A stretch of 64,000 bases of DNA from Lama glama (GCA_028534125.1 CM052816.1:65350001-65414000), one strand, 5' to 3'; positions 50,151 through 64,000 are shown, counted from the stretch's first letter. The notes: generated from the letters alone by a model not told the origin. Numbers and translations: made by a program.

Positions 50151-52091
50151 TTATGCCACGTGAAGCCATCACCTTAATTTATGTTTCAGCATATTGTGAC
50201 TGGAGGCCGAGATACTGATGTTTTTCTGTATTATCAGCTTCTTGCTGAAACATCCTTTCCTCTAAGTCCAATTGGATTCCATAAACTTTTAACTAAAAGT
50301 TGCTAATGTTAATCTTTCCTAGAATGAAAATAAGTAACAGGATCATGATGTAAGGTCAGAAAAGTGTGTTCAGAAAGCTGTAGTGTTGAATAGTGGACAG
50401 GATTTCAAGGGTCTGCTTAAGGCTTTCATAAGGGGCCTCTGGGGAAAATGTGAAGCCTTCAAACTGGCCATCTCGTCTCTATGCTAAAGCTTTGCTGTAC
50501 AAGCTTCTGTCCTTCCTTTCATTCTTGATTTTTGCAAGCCTTGGAGATAAACTAAAAGCATCATTGTTAATGTTGTTTCTCAAAGAGTAGGGAAAAGGAC
50601 ACATTATAAGCAGGAAGTCATGAAAGAGGGGGAAATTGCTCTATCAGCCCTTGGATGGAGTCTCCAAATTAGACAATTATACAGGAAGACATTAAACCAG
50701 GGGCGTGAGAGACATGGGTTTGATTTCATTAGCTGAGGGATGAAACTCTTTTTGAAATCTCCAAGAACCTCCAGAGTCTGAGTCCAGAAGTGATGCCACT
50801 TAGAGCAATATAACTGATGAAGCTTTAGCTAGTCTTGAAAAGAGCAGAGGACACAGTAGCTTTACAGAAAAGAAAAGCAAGCATGCTTGTTAAATACACT
50901 GATTTATAAGGATGGTTGCCTATTCTGTAAACCCAAGGCACAACTCTTTGAGGTGACAGGACCCTTAGGAAGAATGGTAATTAGATGAGCCAGGATTTTA
51001 GTAGTCTGTTTCCAGCTGAGGAAAGCATTTTCCAACCCGACTGCTGAATAATCACTTTGGGACCATGATGACACCATGAGAGGGCTGTAGTCCGAGACAA
51101 TTGCTATTCCTTGACTGTGATACTTGCAACTACTAAGTGGTCAATTGGCAAACGTTTATTCAGGGCTTGCATAGTCTCAGCCTGTGGTAGAAACTGAAAG
51201 CAATATATGCAGATTAAATTCCACTCGCAGGCCAGCTATAGCTGTAGTGGTCTTTGTAAAATATCTTACAAAGAAGAGTATTTGAGTAGGAGGTGACAAC
51301 AAATCAATCTATATAACAGCAACATTTTAAATATAACATTGGCTCAGTTATTAAATATACTCAAGCTAAGCATTTTATTCACCACCTACTCTTCTCTAAT
51401 CTACTTTCATTTTTCTTTTTTAAACACCTGAGATATCACTTTAGAAAATGGGGGGAGGTGATATAAAATGCAATGGAATGAAATCTAACAAATTGTAATA
51501 CAATACAAATTCTAATACAAAACCATCACTTTCAATACAAAGTGAGGTCTTTCTATCTCTGTGGATAATGACTATACAGAAAAAAATAGAAAATAGAATG
51601 TAGTAGTTCTGCTCAATCAAGATAATAAATATATGTTTGTTTCAATAGAGGGAGATGTCTGAATTTACTTGAATGTTCATAAAAATGTGTTTCCCTATCT
51701 AATTAATATAAGGTTTAGTAATATATGTTCTCTCTAATAATACACATAATAAAAATAAGGTAAGATAATATTATGCTGTACATGAACGGACCAATTTCTC
51801 CCACTCAATATGAGATTGGACAAACAAACAAACAAGTACACATACCTCTTACTACAAAACACATACACACACAAATCACTATGTAATTTGTGGGAAACAT
51901 ACTTAAAATTTATTTATGTAGCTTGAGAGTGAAGAAATCAGCAAAGACACATAAAGTAAATGTGAACCAAAATAATGCAGAAGTAACAATATTAATATTA
52001 GGTAAGGCGGAATGTAAAGTTTAAACATCAACAAGATAGAAAGGGAACTGGACATAATAAAAAAGACAAAATCCTTGAAGTTGAGGAGTTG

Positions 52092-52275
52092 GCTGGTGCT
52101 GGCTTGTGAAAGCCTATTGTTAGCATTTATTCCCAACTGCGTACCTTATAACATCACATTGAAATTGGCCATGGTCTGATTATTTACACCATGGAAACTG
52201 CCAAATGACACAAATCAGGGTCTCCCTTCACCCGTCCTCCAGAGCCAGTTGTGAAACATTTACCAGCACACCCAT
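52092..52275. mobile_element. MER63-like (hAT-Blackjack) DNA transposon
   Basis: GAAATTGGCCATGG...TATTTACACCATGGAAACTG...CAAATCAGGG...AGAGCCAGTTGTGAAACATTTACCAGCACAC. Confidence 0.75.
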
Positions 52276-54083
52276 GGATACAATTGATGGAATTAAAATT
52301 ATCCAAAAGTGTATATGTGCTAAACAATATAGCAATTAAAACTACTTATTAGAAATGTATGAAAACTTTATAATAAATAATCATATTGGCACATTTCAGT
52401 ATACTTCTTCAAAATTGTACTGATCCCCCTAAATTAAGTAATAATATAAAGAAGTTTAATGAAATAATCTATAAGTTTGATAAATAAAATATATAATACT
52501 TGCTAAATACAAGTATACAAATAAATGTCTTACCTTAAAAGTGAGAAAATTTTAATAAGTAAATAAACAAGCCATGATTTGTTGGAAATGGAGTTATTAT
52601 CTTTTTAAGCATCACTATCTGATTTAGTATGATATGAGAGTTAATCACATCATTCTCCTCTTAAATTTTGTATTTTAGCCAAAGACTAATTTACATTTAC
52701 TTCCTTCACTAAAAGTTAGATTTAATACTGGAGAATGGTGGCTTAGATGTTCTTGGCATTATTCATAAATTACTTTAAGCTCTAACCAAATTGTAAGAGT
52801 AATTATTGCTCATTGAGACATTAAACACAAACTTAAACTTAATATTTCAATGTTAATTTAATACCTTAAATGAAATATAGATATATATTGGAGGTAAGTA
52901 CTACTAGGCCAGTAGGAAGAAACCCATAAGAATAATTTTTCTTTTTTTTTTTAACAAAAGAACTACAATGTCCCATTAAAAATTTTTCTGCTATGTTCTT
53001 GTCAGAGGAAAGAAAGGGTTTTTCACTGACATCTTTGATTGCTAGATGGTCACATGATTACTCTTCAGGAAACACATGAGACCCATCTGAAAGTGGGGTG
53101 GGAGGATTTAATCTAACTTCCTGCTTAGAAACCAAGATTGCCTGTAACGAGCTCCATCTGATTCCTTCAACATTTAGCACCCAGGCAGTTTCCTTTCTCT
53201 AAACATCAAGAATAGGACAGAAATGAAAGGAAAATGTGAGAAGAGGTATCTGAAATTCAGAAAGCATCATCCTCATCTGAGATGACTTGCCATCATCTGG
53301 GGATGCCCTGTGGAGAGTCTTTATCCACGCACCTAGCAGAGCAACCTTTAATAACCACTTGAATAAATGAACAAATATATAATAAATGATATAAGTAGGA
53401 AGAGGGTCCAAGATACATGTGCTATGAAATAACAACATTGTATTGAAGATTTTAGAAAATGGGAAAAGGCAAGAATATGAAATATAAACAGTGGGAAAGA
53501 TATTTGAATATTGGATAATTGTTCACAAAGCACCTGAATATAGTCCTTATCATCCCCTTATCATCCTTATCATCTCCTGTGGGAGACAGACATCCTACAT
53601 ACAAGGACATTTCCATTCTGACATGCCATGGGATTGTTCAAGGTCAAATGATTATTGAAGGTTAAAGCACTAGCATGTGACACGCAGTAAATAAACACAT
53701 ATCTTCAATTATAAATCCAATGGACATTTCAAAACACCACTGTTGCCTCTAGGGAAATTGTCTCAGACAGAAATTACATTCTGCTGCCATTTTAATTTGT
53801 ATGTACTTGCCTTAAAACTTTCTAATCCTTGGTTCTTTTTTTTACCACCTCCACTCTCTCCCTAATTTCATAGCCATTGAAGGAAAAGCTAGTTACTGTC
53901 CAGATATTCTAGCTAAAGGACCTCATTTGAAAAACATCTTTTTCCCCTTCCAGTTTTATTTGACTCAAGATGTAATATTGATGAGAAAGATTTTGTATAG
54001 TCATACCTGGTGCCTAACATCAAATTTTCCCCCAAAAGCAAAATAAAATGATGTGTAGATCACCTGGTTTCCACAGAATAGTA

Positions 54084-54435
54084 TAGTTGGCCCTCTATAT
54101 CCAAGGGTTCCATATCTGCAGATGCAACCAACCTTGGATTGAAAATATTCAGGAAAAAAAATCCCAGAAAGTTCCAAAAAGCAAAACTTAAATTTGCTGC
54201 ACACAAGTAACTATTTAGATAGCATTTACATTGTATTTACACCTGTTTACATAGCATTTACATTGTATTAGGTATCGTAAGTAATCTAGAGATGATACAA
54301 AGTATACAGGAGGTTGTGCATAGGATATATGCAAATCCTGCACCATTCTATGTAAGGGAATTGAGCATCCACAGATTTTGCTGTCCACTGGGGCCCTGGA
54401 ACCCATTCCCTACAGATACCATGGAGGGACAACTA
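54084..54435. mobile_element. Tigger3a-like (TcMar-Tigger) non-autonomous DNA transposon, near full length
   Basis: Terminal inverted repeats TAGTTGGCCCTC / GAGGGACAACTA (11/12), TA at the left flank, internal AAGTTCCAAAAAGCAAAACTT and TAAGTAATCTAGAGATGAT. Confidence 0.85.
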
Positions 54436-55459
54436 TGTAAAAATCAAAACAACTCTGATCATGTGAGGATAAGTCAGTATTCATGAGTGACAACAGGTCT
54501 CTTTGACAGGCAGCATTGCAGTATGTAAACTCTCACAACAACACATTAAAAATAACTGTCCAGAAGAATGAGAGAGGGAGAGAAAAAAAAGAATCCTATG
54601 GAAACTAGTTGATTTGGAATCCTTTGGAAGAAAACAAGGACATAGCTGTTTGAGAACTGTCAGAGCTATCCCTTATGACCACAGTTGCGCCCAATTTTAC
54701 CAGACGTTAAAAAGGAAAAAATGCTCAAGAGGAAACAATATGCACAGACGCTGTCCTTAGGAAACTTACAGTCTGGCAGGTTCGGAACAATTTCATTTCA
54801 CTGTATGTAATTATTTTTAAAAAGCAAAGCCTAGGTGAAAACATTTGTCAATATGATTTACTCATTTTAATGCAAGCTTTGTACAAAAGAAATTTCTTTA
54901 AATGTCTACCAATATGAGACAAGTGTAGATCCAAGTAGATGATGTCTGAACACCTAATCCATCCCTTCAGTTCCATTTGATTTCTTGTGTCAAAAACCGA
55001 GTTAACAGTTATTCGCCTCTCTTTTCCCTTCTTCATTCCTGCTTCTCTCTTGTTTTCTGAGTTCTTTTTTTTTTCTATGTTCTTTTTCTTGCTCTTCCTT
55101 GGGGGCACTTGAATTAGCATCTTTATCTTGCTAACAGTTTTTGGTTCTAGAAAGGATGATTACTCCTTACCCATAAGGAATGAGAACGGAACAGGTTGCT
55201 AAGTGTGTTCTGATGTCAGTAGAAATTGTTCCATCAGGAGAAAGCCTTCATTACTGATGGCTTTAAAATCATGCAGAGGACTTTCCAGTTTATAACACCT
55301 GGGCTTTATCATTGGTTTTGTTCCTTTGATGGAACTGGGGGAGATAGGCAAGTACCATTAATTTCTCAGAGATGGTCAGGGCTAGGATGCTCAGAGAAAA
55401 TTTAGTTGAAAGGTACCAATTCTGAAATTTCTTTTCTAATATTCAGTCTATGACTTTCA

Positions 55460-55700
55460 AATAATAATAATAATAGCAGTGGTTGTCATGGTAATAGTAG
55501 AGATAGCTGTAGTAGTAGTAGTTATAGTAATAGCTAGTGTTTACTGAGCACAGAGTATGCATCAGACTTTGGTCCATATGCTTTACATGCATTAACTCAC
55601 TGAAACCTCCCAACAACCCAATGCGGTAAAGATCATTGTTATCCACATTTCACCACCCAGGGAACTGGGCTTGTCCATGTTTCACATAGCAAGGCATTTA
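55460..55700 (-). mobile_element. MIR SINE with (TAA/TAG)n low-complexity tail
   Basis: TTTACTGAGCAC...TGCTTTACATGCATTAACTCACTGAAACCTCCCAACAACCCAATGCGGTA...TTATCCACATTT. Confidence 0.75.
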
Positions 55701-56039
55701 TCAGTTACACACCTCTCCTCCCTGCAAGAGCACAGTACATTTCCCAAAAGCATTCTGATGGGACAGTCCTTCTGGGTTTTAAATCCTTCTAGGTTTTATG
55801 GAAATACTAGGGCTCTTTCCTGCCTCTCTGAGGGGGGAGCACATCTATGCAAGTACTGCTGGTGGTGCTGCCTACAATGTTGGCATCTGGCCTAGGTCAC
55901 AGCCAACATCTATCTACACTGCGCATCCCCGGGAAGCCTACGGAAGACTCACAGCCTGTGTTTACACTACTGGACGTACTAGTCATAGGCTACATTTACA
56001 TCTAAATATTAATATTAATGTTAACTATCCTGATTTTAT

Positions 56040-56440
56040 TTTCATGGTCACTAAAGACAAAAATTCCATGAGGACAGGGACCTAGCCTCATTCATTTTCT
56101 CCCAAGAGCCTAGCACGTAAGTAATAAATATCTGTGATTGGATGAACGGTCCTAAAACATGTTATGAAGTGATGGTATTTTATTTCCATTTTACAGATGA
56201 GAAAAAAATTTGTGAGTTTATCAAGTTGATTTATAGTTAGTGGCAAACCTTACAATGGAACCAAGGTCTCCTGATCCACAGAACCTTCTGGTTAACAAGA
56301 ATCTCAGGGTCCCATCTGAATGTACGTTCCACAAAGACAGATTACTTGTTTAGTTTTGATCAGTTCCAAGTACCAAGGACAGTACCTAATGTATATCAAA
56401 TATTTAACAAATGTTGGAATGAATTGAAAGAATAAATAAA
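56040..56440. mobile_element. L2 3' ends and a MIR fragment
   Basis: TTCCATGAGGACAGGGACC...GCCTAGCACG; TCCATTTTACAGATGAGAAAA; ACAGTACCTAATG...TTTAACAAATGTTGGAATGAATTGAA. Confidence 0.6.
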
Positions 56441-56964
56441 AGGTTCAAGTTTTATGTTGACATGGACCTCATGTGACACTTTACAGCCTTTCACTATGAG
56501 ATCCCTCAGGCTTTACTTGAGTATGTTCAGTAAGAGAGAACTCATTAGTGCCTTAGGTCTGATATTTCCATGTTTTGTCAGTTCTAAACGTTGGAAATTC
56601 TTTTTGTATGCTTGGAATATTTCACAATATTTTATAATTTTCACAATAAAATAATTTCAGGTCTTACTGATTTAAAAAATATTGAACAGGGCAGGGCTGA
56701 GGACAATCACAAGACTGGAAATTAGAGAGGTTTCCTCGAGTGGCAGTGAAACTGTAGTTATACAAACAGATACGGGTCTGTTTATAAGAGTCACCATTTA
56801 CACCACCTTTTCAGTTGGTTCTGAAAATGACTGTCTTTCAGTTCACAGCCTTTTCGGTTGGTCCTCAGTTATATCACATGAAATTTTGTGAAATGCCCTG
56901 TCGAAATTCTATTTCATCCAAGTCTGTAGCAGTCTGCCAGCCACTTGTCTGATGTGTATCAATA

Positions 56965-57205
56965 ATAATAGCTGGTGATTAGATGGTACCAGTCTGGGCC
57001 CAGCTCTCTTCTCAGTCCTTTATGTCTGTCCTTACAACAACCCCATTCCCAGGGTGCTTTTATTATACCCACTTGACAACTGAAGACACTAAGGAAGAGA
57101 GAAGTTAAGTAACTTGCCCAAGGTCACACAGCTTAAAAGTGGCAGAACCAACTCAGACCTCAGCAGTCTAGATTCAGAGCCTACCCACTTAACCACTGTG
57201 CTACA
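56965..57205 (-). mobile_element. MIR SINE
   Basis: CTTACAACAACCCC...GACACTAAGGAAGAGAGAAGTTAAGTAACTTGCCCAAGGTCACACAGCT...CTTAACCACTGTGCTA. Confidence 0.8.
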
Positions 57206-58249
57206 CGGCGCACTGCATACTCATGAATCCTGGTGCATCACGCTGGCTCACCCTCTAATGTTCAAACTTCAGCTGCTAATTAGTCAGTTCTAAAATATGT
57301 TCAGGGACCAGTACTGAAACCACTGGTGATACAGTTGCAGAGATGGAATTTCCCCACTTCTGGAAGGCTTAAGGTTTTCCTGATTGGGGTCCCCTCTCAG
57401 GGCTCCTGGTTGTCACAGCCTGAGCCACCTACTCGGCTTTTCTCAATTTCCCGGAAGGCAACTTGCACCAACTACTTTTGTTCTTTTCATTGTTCTTCAT
57501 TCATAGATCTCTTGCACACTCTCTGTGGTATTGAGAATGCCCCTTGGATACTGTGTGCTTAATGTGTACAGTGTTACTAGGCAAAACTCCCTCATTTGTG
57601 TTATTAGCTAGACTTTATGCAAAAATATGTAGACACATGAGACTCTGTATTGCTCTTAGTCACCTGCCTGCCCGTCTTCTTACTAGTGCAAATTTCTTCA
57701 GTGCTTCTTGTTATTGTTATTGTCTCTCTCTGCCTCAGAGCCCTCCATTTTTCCCATTTATCTGAATATCTTTTTCTTCTCCTGACCACATTGTCAGCTT
57801 TGAACTCTCATGATCAGGTTGAGAGTTACATCTCTGAACAAACACAGGCTTTCTAGCCTTGTGCAGTGCAGCCCGTGCCCCATGGGGAGCCCAGAGCACC
57901 ATGACTGTAGCCAGGCTCTCATGGATGGGAAGAGATCTGGATTTTTCTTTCACTGGTGCAAGTCTCAACCAGAAGCAGAGATGAAAGCACCGTGTATGCC
58001 CCCAAGGTTCATGTCTGATACTGTAGAGTCTCTGGATATGCAGCCAAGGTTTCTTCGATTGGTATCCTTTGCCTGCCTGTATGTGACTCACTGAAACTGG
58101 CTGGCAGATGGTAATTTCGTCATCTTCCAGGCATGCTTTTTAAGAAGCTGGCACCCCAGGGGTAGACCAGACACTTTGATGCCAAATTTCCTTATATTGA
58201 CCATTGTCACAGCTGTGTGCCTTGTTGAGAAATACTATAGATCAAGGGA

Positions 58250-58467
58250 AGAAGTCAGCAAACGTATTCTGTAAAGGGCTGATAGTAAATATTTTAGGCT
58301 TCAGGGAACATCCGGTCTCTGCAGCAAATACTCCACTCTGGGGCAGAATGGAAGCACCATTGACAGTGGGTAAATGAATGAAGTTGACTGCATTCCAATG
58401 CAGCTTATTTACAAAGAGAGACTGCAGGCTGGATGTGGTCCAGGGGTCCGTAACTTGTCCTTCCCTG
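58250..58467. mobile_element. MER58A (hAT-Charlie) MITE
   Basis: GTCAGCAAAC...TCTGTAAAGGGCTGATAGTAAATATTTTAGGCTT...TAAATGAATG...TTCCAAT...TTATTTACAAA...GGCTGGATGTGGTCC. Confidence 0.85.
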
Positions 58468-60414
58468 GCGTCAAGAAGGAAAATAGACCCAGAGGGGTAG
58501 AAAAGTGTCACCAACCACTTCTCCAAGTCTTGCATTAATTTATTTTCTGAGTCCAGTAACGAAGTAACCTGTTCCTGGGAGGGAGGGCATGTGAATCTCT
58601 TACATTAATTTGGGGCCAGAACATCTAGTTTTGTGTTGTCTTGAGTTATTTTTTCATTTTGTTCTATTTCATATACTTAGAGGTAATTTTAAAATATTTC
58701 AGGTGTGCCTTAGATACATTAAGTGGCCGACAATGCCTCCCTGAGGCCAAGATGATGGTTGCAGTCATAGAGGTAAATATCTAGGAGTTAAGACTGAAAG
58801 GATAGATCACCTGGTCCAGACAGTGACGTGCCAACAATTGGCTACCTTGAAAGAACTACAATTTTTATTGAAGAGTTTTCTTGCACCGGCCTCTGGTTTT
58901 CCCACATTGCTCTTGTAAGTCCAGCATTTTCCCCCTGCTAGACTTACCTAATGTTCTTACCATTGTGTAGAGAAATTGAATACCATTGAATAGAGAAAGC
59001 TGGAAGTCTCGAAAATAATTTCTTACTAGCTTAGGAATTCTTTTCCTATTTGTCTGTTAACAGCAAATAAATCTACCTTATTGAATTACTATTAAAATGG
59101 ATTTTCACTCCCTGGGCAAAAAAGTAACCTATGACAGGCACATTTATTTGTGTATGTGTCGTATACACACATACATGTGCAAGTGCAACAGTAGAAGGAA
59201 ACTAGCTGGAGAGGAAAACATTAAAGTTAAGAATGATAGGTAATCATTATCATATATAATCTACCTATACATCGACATAGACAGTCATATGGGAAGAGTC
59301 AGGGCCTCAACAAGGTATGGCAAAGAGACGTCAACGACGGCTGATGTCATTAATGTAGGAGAGGCTTGAACCAACACAAAGGTGATCTGTAGAGCTATCT
59401 TTGCCAAAACCCTCTGATGGTTCAGAGGAAGACAGAAATGATCGGTTGACTTAACAGTAGGAGCAACAGCCTTTGGGCTAGAAGCAAATGTCCAGAAAAT
59501 CGTGAGTTACGTATGGAGATTAGGTGCTTGGAAACAAATCAAGCAAAAATCTTAGCAGCAAACGTCACAAGCATAGAGGAGATAAACAGTCCCATCAGCA
59601 TCCGAATTCTGGAATATTACTTTGTGTCCCTGTTTAAAGGGCACACAGAAGGCTGCCCTGGCATAAACCAGGAAATCGTTTTGCTTCTGTCCAGCCAGGT
59701 TCAGCCCTTACCCTTTGCCATCCCGTCTACTGTGGATGTTATCACCAGAGAGAGCCACTGGGGCTGCAAACGAGAAGTCTGCAAAGTAACATCAGCTTGT
59801 GATTTGGGCAGAAGACAATGAAAAGAAAACTTAGCATTCCATTACCTGTAGGAATGCCTTTCTTTATAAACTAGATCCTTTAAAATGTTTTCTTTGGCTT
59901 GTTAAATCAGAGGGGTCTCCTAAAGTCTCAAAATTGAGTCTGTGAATTTATAAACAGGCTGATGACCATCCTTCAGAAGTGCCTTCCCATCCCTCGGGAG
60001 TAAGGGAAAGCGTGTCTCTAGGTTGGAGATGTGGACCTGACATGCGGAAGATCATCTGAGAGTGTGTGTGTAGATGGAGACAAGACAGCCAAGGAGAGAA
60101 TCCTGGGGAGCTTTGAACTCAAGGCTCAAGAGAAGAGGGAAGAGTCTGAGAATGAGAAAAGATGGATACAGAGAAGGGACAGTGGGTGGGACGTGGGAAA
60201 GGGTGAGGTCACAGATGTACAGAGCCTGGACTAGGTCACTCCCCTCACTCTGGTCCCAGCACTGGGGACGTGGAAAAGTTTTCTGCTTTCTGGGCTTAAT
60301 GTTCTTCAGTTTTAAAGTTAACAGTTAGGGAGCTAAGGGAATTTACTGTTGCTAAATAGTGTGGAAATTGCCCTCACAAATAACACATCAGCAACCCCCC
60401 AACATCGCAGAGAG

Positions 60415-60530
60415 CAATTTCTACAGATGAGAAACAGAGTCTTAGAAGAATTGAGTCTCTTGCCCAGGGACAGATAATTACTAGTGAAAGCCCTGGGGTT
60501 AAACCCAAATTTCTGAGTCTAAAGCTCACA
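60415..60530 (-). mobile_element. MIR fragment
   Basis: TTTCTACAGATGAGAAACAGAG...CTTGCCCAGGG...TCTGAGTCTAAAGCTC. Confidence 0.6.
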
Positions 60531-63500
60531 CAGTGTTCATTCAGTTCTGTTGCCTTTTGCAGCTGGATGGGAGGTTGTGCTAAGACAAAAGGAGGCTGAT
60601 TAACGAGCAGGAAGGGATGGGATGACCGCTCCCGGGATGTCTGAGCTCAGGGAGAGTGGCTGAGGGCAGGAAAGTATCTGACGGCCAGGGTGCAGGTCCA
60701 GCAGGTCAGGGGACTTGAAATGTGTGACGAGAGTTTTGAAACATCCATTGAGGTAACATGAGAGAGCCTTCTTTGCGGGTGATTGAAATTACTACTAAGG
60801 ACACAGCTAAAGTGAGAGAATGGATCTGTTGGAGGCTTGGGTACGTTTGGTGTGTGAGTTCCCAGCAGTAATCAGTTGAACAGTAGTAGGAAAAGCAGGC
60901 TGGTCTCTAACTGGATGGAAGAGAGATTTGAGAAGACAAGAGCTTAGGGGGCTTCCTGATGAGTCTGAAATTCTCCAGGGGAAATCCCACTCCTTCCCGT
61001 AGACATCGTCCACATCCCACGTTCTGTGCAACAGTACAAAATTTCCAGAACACTCTGGAGCACGCACAGACTCCCCTCAGCTCTGTCATGCTCCTTCTCT
61101 CTGCTTTCTCCCCAGCTCCCTGCCCCAGTCCCTCAGCTTCACTCCATATTTTGTGGCATCCTCTACTTAAGCCTCTTTCTGCATCCCTCCAAATTCTTCC
61201 TAACTGATTACGCCACTTGCTCAAGTCAACTTCTGTCCTCCTGTGTACTCAGGAGACAAGGCTCACAGGAACAGTGAGTCCATTTCCATTGTGACCCAGG
61301 AGTTATCTCTCTTACAACATTTAAATAAACATAGAAATCATTCTTGATTTTTCCACTGTTGTCCGAACTCACCAGCATATACAAATGAAAAATGATTTTT
61401 TAAATATGCAACTAACTACTGTATTTCTCACTGTTTTATTCTTTAAATAAGACAGAAAGGCTGAGGGTGATAGGGAGGAAGGACAGAAATGGCCGAAAGG
61501 CTGGAGCCCTGCAGACCAGATGGTCCGCGGCTGCAGTAGCCCTGAGGCGGTCAGGCTGGATGGGGACAGGGCTGAGTGAGGTGGAATCCAACTGGTCAGA
61601 GCTAAGCCTGCTCCCTGTGTCTAAGTTGCTGAGCTAGACTTGGAGTTGACAACCTACAGGTTGTCAGTCTCTGTTGAGCCAATTTTTCATTATAAGTTCC
61701 AGGTAGAAAGGTATCACCATTTTAAATTTGGGGCAGCACTTAACACATTAAGGATAAATTTAAATTTGTTAATTTACTTATTGTACCTAAAAAAGAAAGA
61801 AATTAAATAAATAAAAAATGAGCAGGAACCACTCTTACTTTATAATTGCCGCAGTTGTATACTTTAGTGAGCGTCACTGCTCACGTACTTATGGGTAACT
61901 GTCTATAGCTCTGTGAAAACCGACTGGTCCTTTTATTGAAAGATAAAGTCTTTTTATAAAGACTGCTCTATGAAGTTGGTTTTTCAACCTCATGTTTAAT
62001 ATTTCTAAGAAGTGAGCGCCACCTTCTGACTACTAAGAGGATTGCCGAGCAGCCAAATGGAGTAGGATGTATTTTTTGACCATCCTTAACCAGACGGTGG
62101 AATTTAAATTATCTTTCGGTTTCTAACGCATAATAATCACTTAAGGATCCACATGACTTCTGGGCAGTCTGTTTCTCTCCTATCAAGCACGATACAGTTT
62201 TTATTCAATACGTGTCACCTTCTCTAGTATGAACTATCTTTATAATGATAAACAACACGGTAGCACAATCAAGAAGTTCCCATATGCCCTCCAGGCAGAG
62301 GTGGGTCCCTGGCCCCAGGATACAGGTTAAGAGTTCAAAGGATACACTAACCCTGTTTCTCTGATTCTGAAACTAGGTCTGAAATGTGACAGAGCTGTAC
62401 ACAGAAGCCCTCCTAGTAGAAGTGGATTTTGTCCCTCAGTAAGGAAAAAAAAAGTACAATTCTCAACAATAGATTAGTGATTAAAATTTGCCTTGATACA
62501 AAATCCAACATAGGCTTCACGTGCATGGTCTGGAGATGTACCTGTGAGATACATGTCTAACCTCTTAGCATCTTCTTATAATCCAGGCAGGTGATACTAT
62601 GTTCCAAAGTGCTCCTCTTGGATGAAATTGAGAAAATTGGAATTCTACTGGGTGAATCCGATAAATGGTATGGTGTACTGTGGTAGTCTTCATTCTCTTG
62701 ATTTTATTTTCTTTTTCCCTGTGAAATTTGTACTTGAAAACTGCTCCAACAATTAAAAATTAGAAGATCAGATTTAGAAGTTCTTACACAACTAGCAAAA
62801 TATTTTTTTTTAGTTGCCTAGAAACAATACTTTTAAATCTCAGTTTGCATGAGTCCATATCAGTTGCTTTGGCTTAACTTAGATGTGTTTTTTTCCTTAA
62901 TCTTAAAAATTATTTTGTGCTATACACAAAACAGCTAGACTAGGAACTGCCTTGACAGTATTTAACTGATGCAAGCATCTCAGCACCCCTTCTTTCTTAA
63001 GGAGGAAGAATGATGTCATTAGCAATTGTAAACATTCTAATACGTCATTGTACTTGAATTTCATGTACATCTTATCTTCCATGAACTACATGTACACATT
63101 AAATTTCCAAATTACAGTATGTAGACTACATATGTCACTAGAATGTTTTGTAATAGTGTCAAGAAAAGAAAAACACACACACTTCTTGAGAACGAAGAAG
63201 GCAGTGGATTTTTAACAAAATTCACCTCCATCTAAAGCTCTGAATGACCACATCAGTGCCACCTGTCATTGGCTATGAGACATCTTTATGGATCCTCTTG
63301 GGGTGTGTTTTGGTTGAATGTCCCTCTGTGGGCAGCATTTGCAGGCATTAATGGAATGGGCAGTTTAAAAAGCTGGGATTATATTCCTAACCATTGTTTG
63401 CTTAATGCTGTAAAAATACTACAGGAATAGTCAAAAAGCCTCTGGGTGTCTGGGGGAAAACAGTTCTTTGAAATTTTTGATTTGTGATCAGAATAATGAA

Positions 63501-63544
63501 AGGTCATCTGTTCCCCATATATTTATCACACACACATACGTCAT

Positions 63545-63640
63545 AGCCAGATCAGGATTTAATTGATGGGAGTAGGGCCCAGGCTTTTTTTAAGGCCCCC
63601 CAGGTGATCCTAATGTGCTGCCAAGGTATTAACAGGCTCT
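63545..63640. mobile_element. MER5-type MITE fragment
   Basis: TTTAATTGATGGGAGTAGGGCCCAGGC...TTTTTAAGGCCCCCCAGGTGATCCTAATGTGCTGCCAAGG. Confidence 0.65.
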
Positions 63641-64000
63641 GTGCAAACAAAGACTGTTTCTCACGTACCAGAAGAGATCAGGGAACTCTGGGCTAGACCA
63701 TTATATGGTAAAATGAAAGTTCTAGACATTGAGGAGTGGAGGCGGTGAGGGAAAGAAAATAGATATTGGGTCAAAGAATTAGACTCAGGAACCATCAGGG
63801 AAGGACAGCTGATCTGAAAAGTGAGAGCATTCTGTTGACAAGGGGAGAGGATGTGAGCTTGGAGTGACGGCTGAGAGGACTGTCACAGCTCTCCCCCAGC
63901 ACGTCTGCGCTCTGAGAAAAATCAGGATGGGAGGCACCAGGCCATGGTGCTCATTAAACCTGGTTCCTAAGCAGAATGGAGTTGAACTTGGTACGTGCCT

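Noticed and set aside
54219..54269. 19-bp direct repeat ATAGCATTTACATTGTATT (54219-54237, 54251-54269)
   Set aside because: Lies inside the Tigger3 element and, as far as I recall, is part of its consensus; two copies only, not an array.
1..64000. CRISPR array, tRNA/rRNA genes, CpG island, operon-like or novel multi-gene system; identity of a host gene
   Set aside because: No regularly spaced repeat-spacer array, no recognisable structural RNA and no CpG-dense region. The DNA is typical mammalian non-coding sequence, and none of the candidate exon peptides matched a protein I recognise, so no gene symbol is given.

Overview
Mammalian, AT-rich, CpG-depleted non-coding genomic DNA (intronic or intergenic), most likely from a camelid (camel/alpaca/llama). 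That assignment rests on recalled similarity of the young L1 3' ends and of the SINE-like tail at the window start, and on no recognisable Alu/B1/Bov-A/PRE/Can SINEs; it was not confirmed by search. No long ORF in the supplied track is a credible gene: they are chance ORFs, L1 ORF2 remnants or microsatellite translations. The recognisable content is mostly transposon relics: young 5'-truncated L1s with visible target-site duplications (TSDs), old L1M/L2/MIR, MaLR (MLT1) LTRs including a nested LTR-in-provirus structure, and Tigger3, MER33, MER58A, MER63, MER102 and MER5 DNA transposons. Best observations: (1) a candidate 6-nt microexon at 32493-32498 with polypyrimidine/TGC/strong-donor architecture; (2) small phase-compatible candidate + strand exons (42718-42790 and a short ATG exon 45825-45848) that may belong to an unidentified large host gene; (3) candidate - strand exons near 1.8 and 7.5 kb; (4) a short interstitial telomeric insertion (TTAGGG)4 flanked by a TAACTT direct repeat; (5) a tiny twin-primed inverted L1 insertion with a perfect 12-bp TSD; (6) a 100-N gap whose flanks are a 177-bp duplicate differing at one base (probable false gap). 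I found no CRISPR array, RNA gene or novel multi-gene system. Repeat subfamily names come from recalled consensus motifs, and boundaries of old repeats are approximate.
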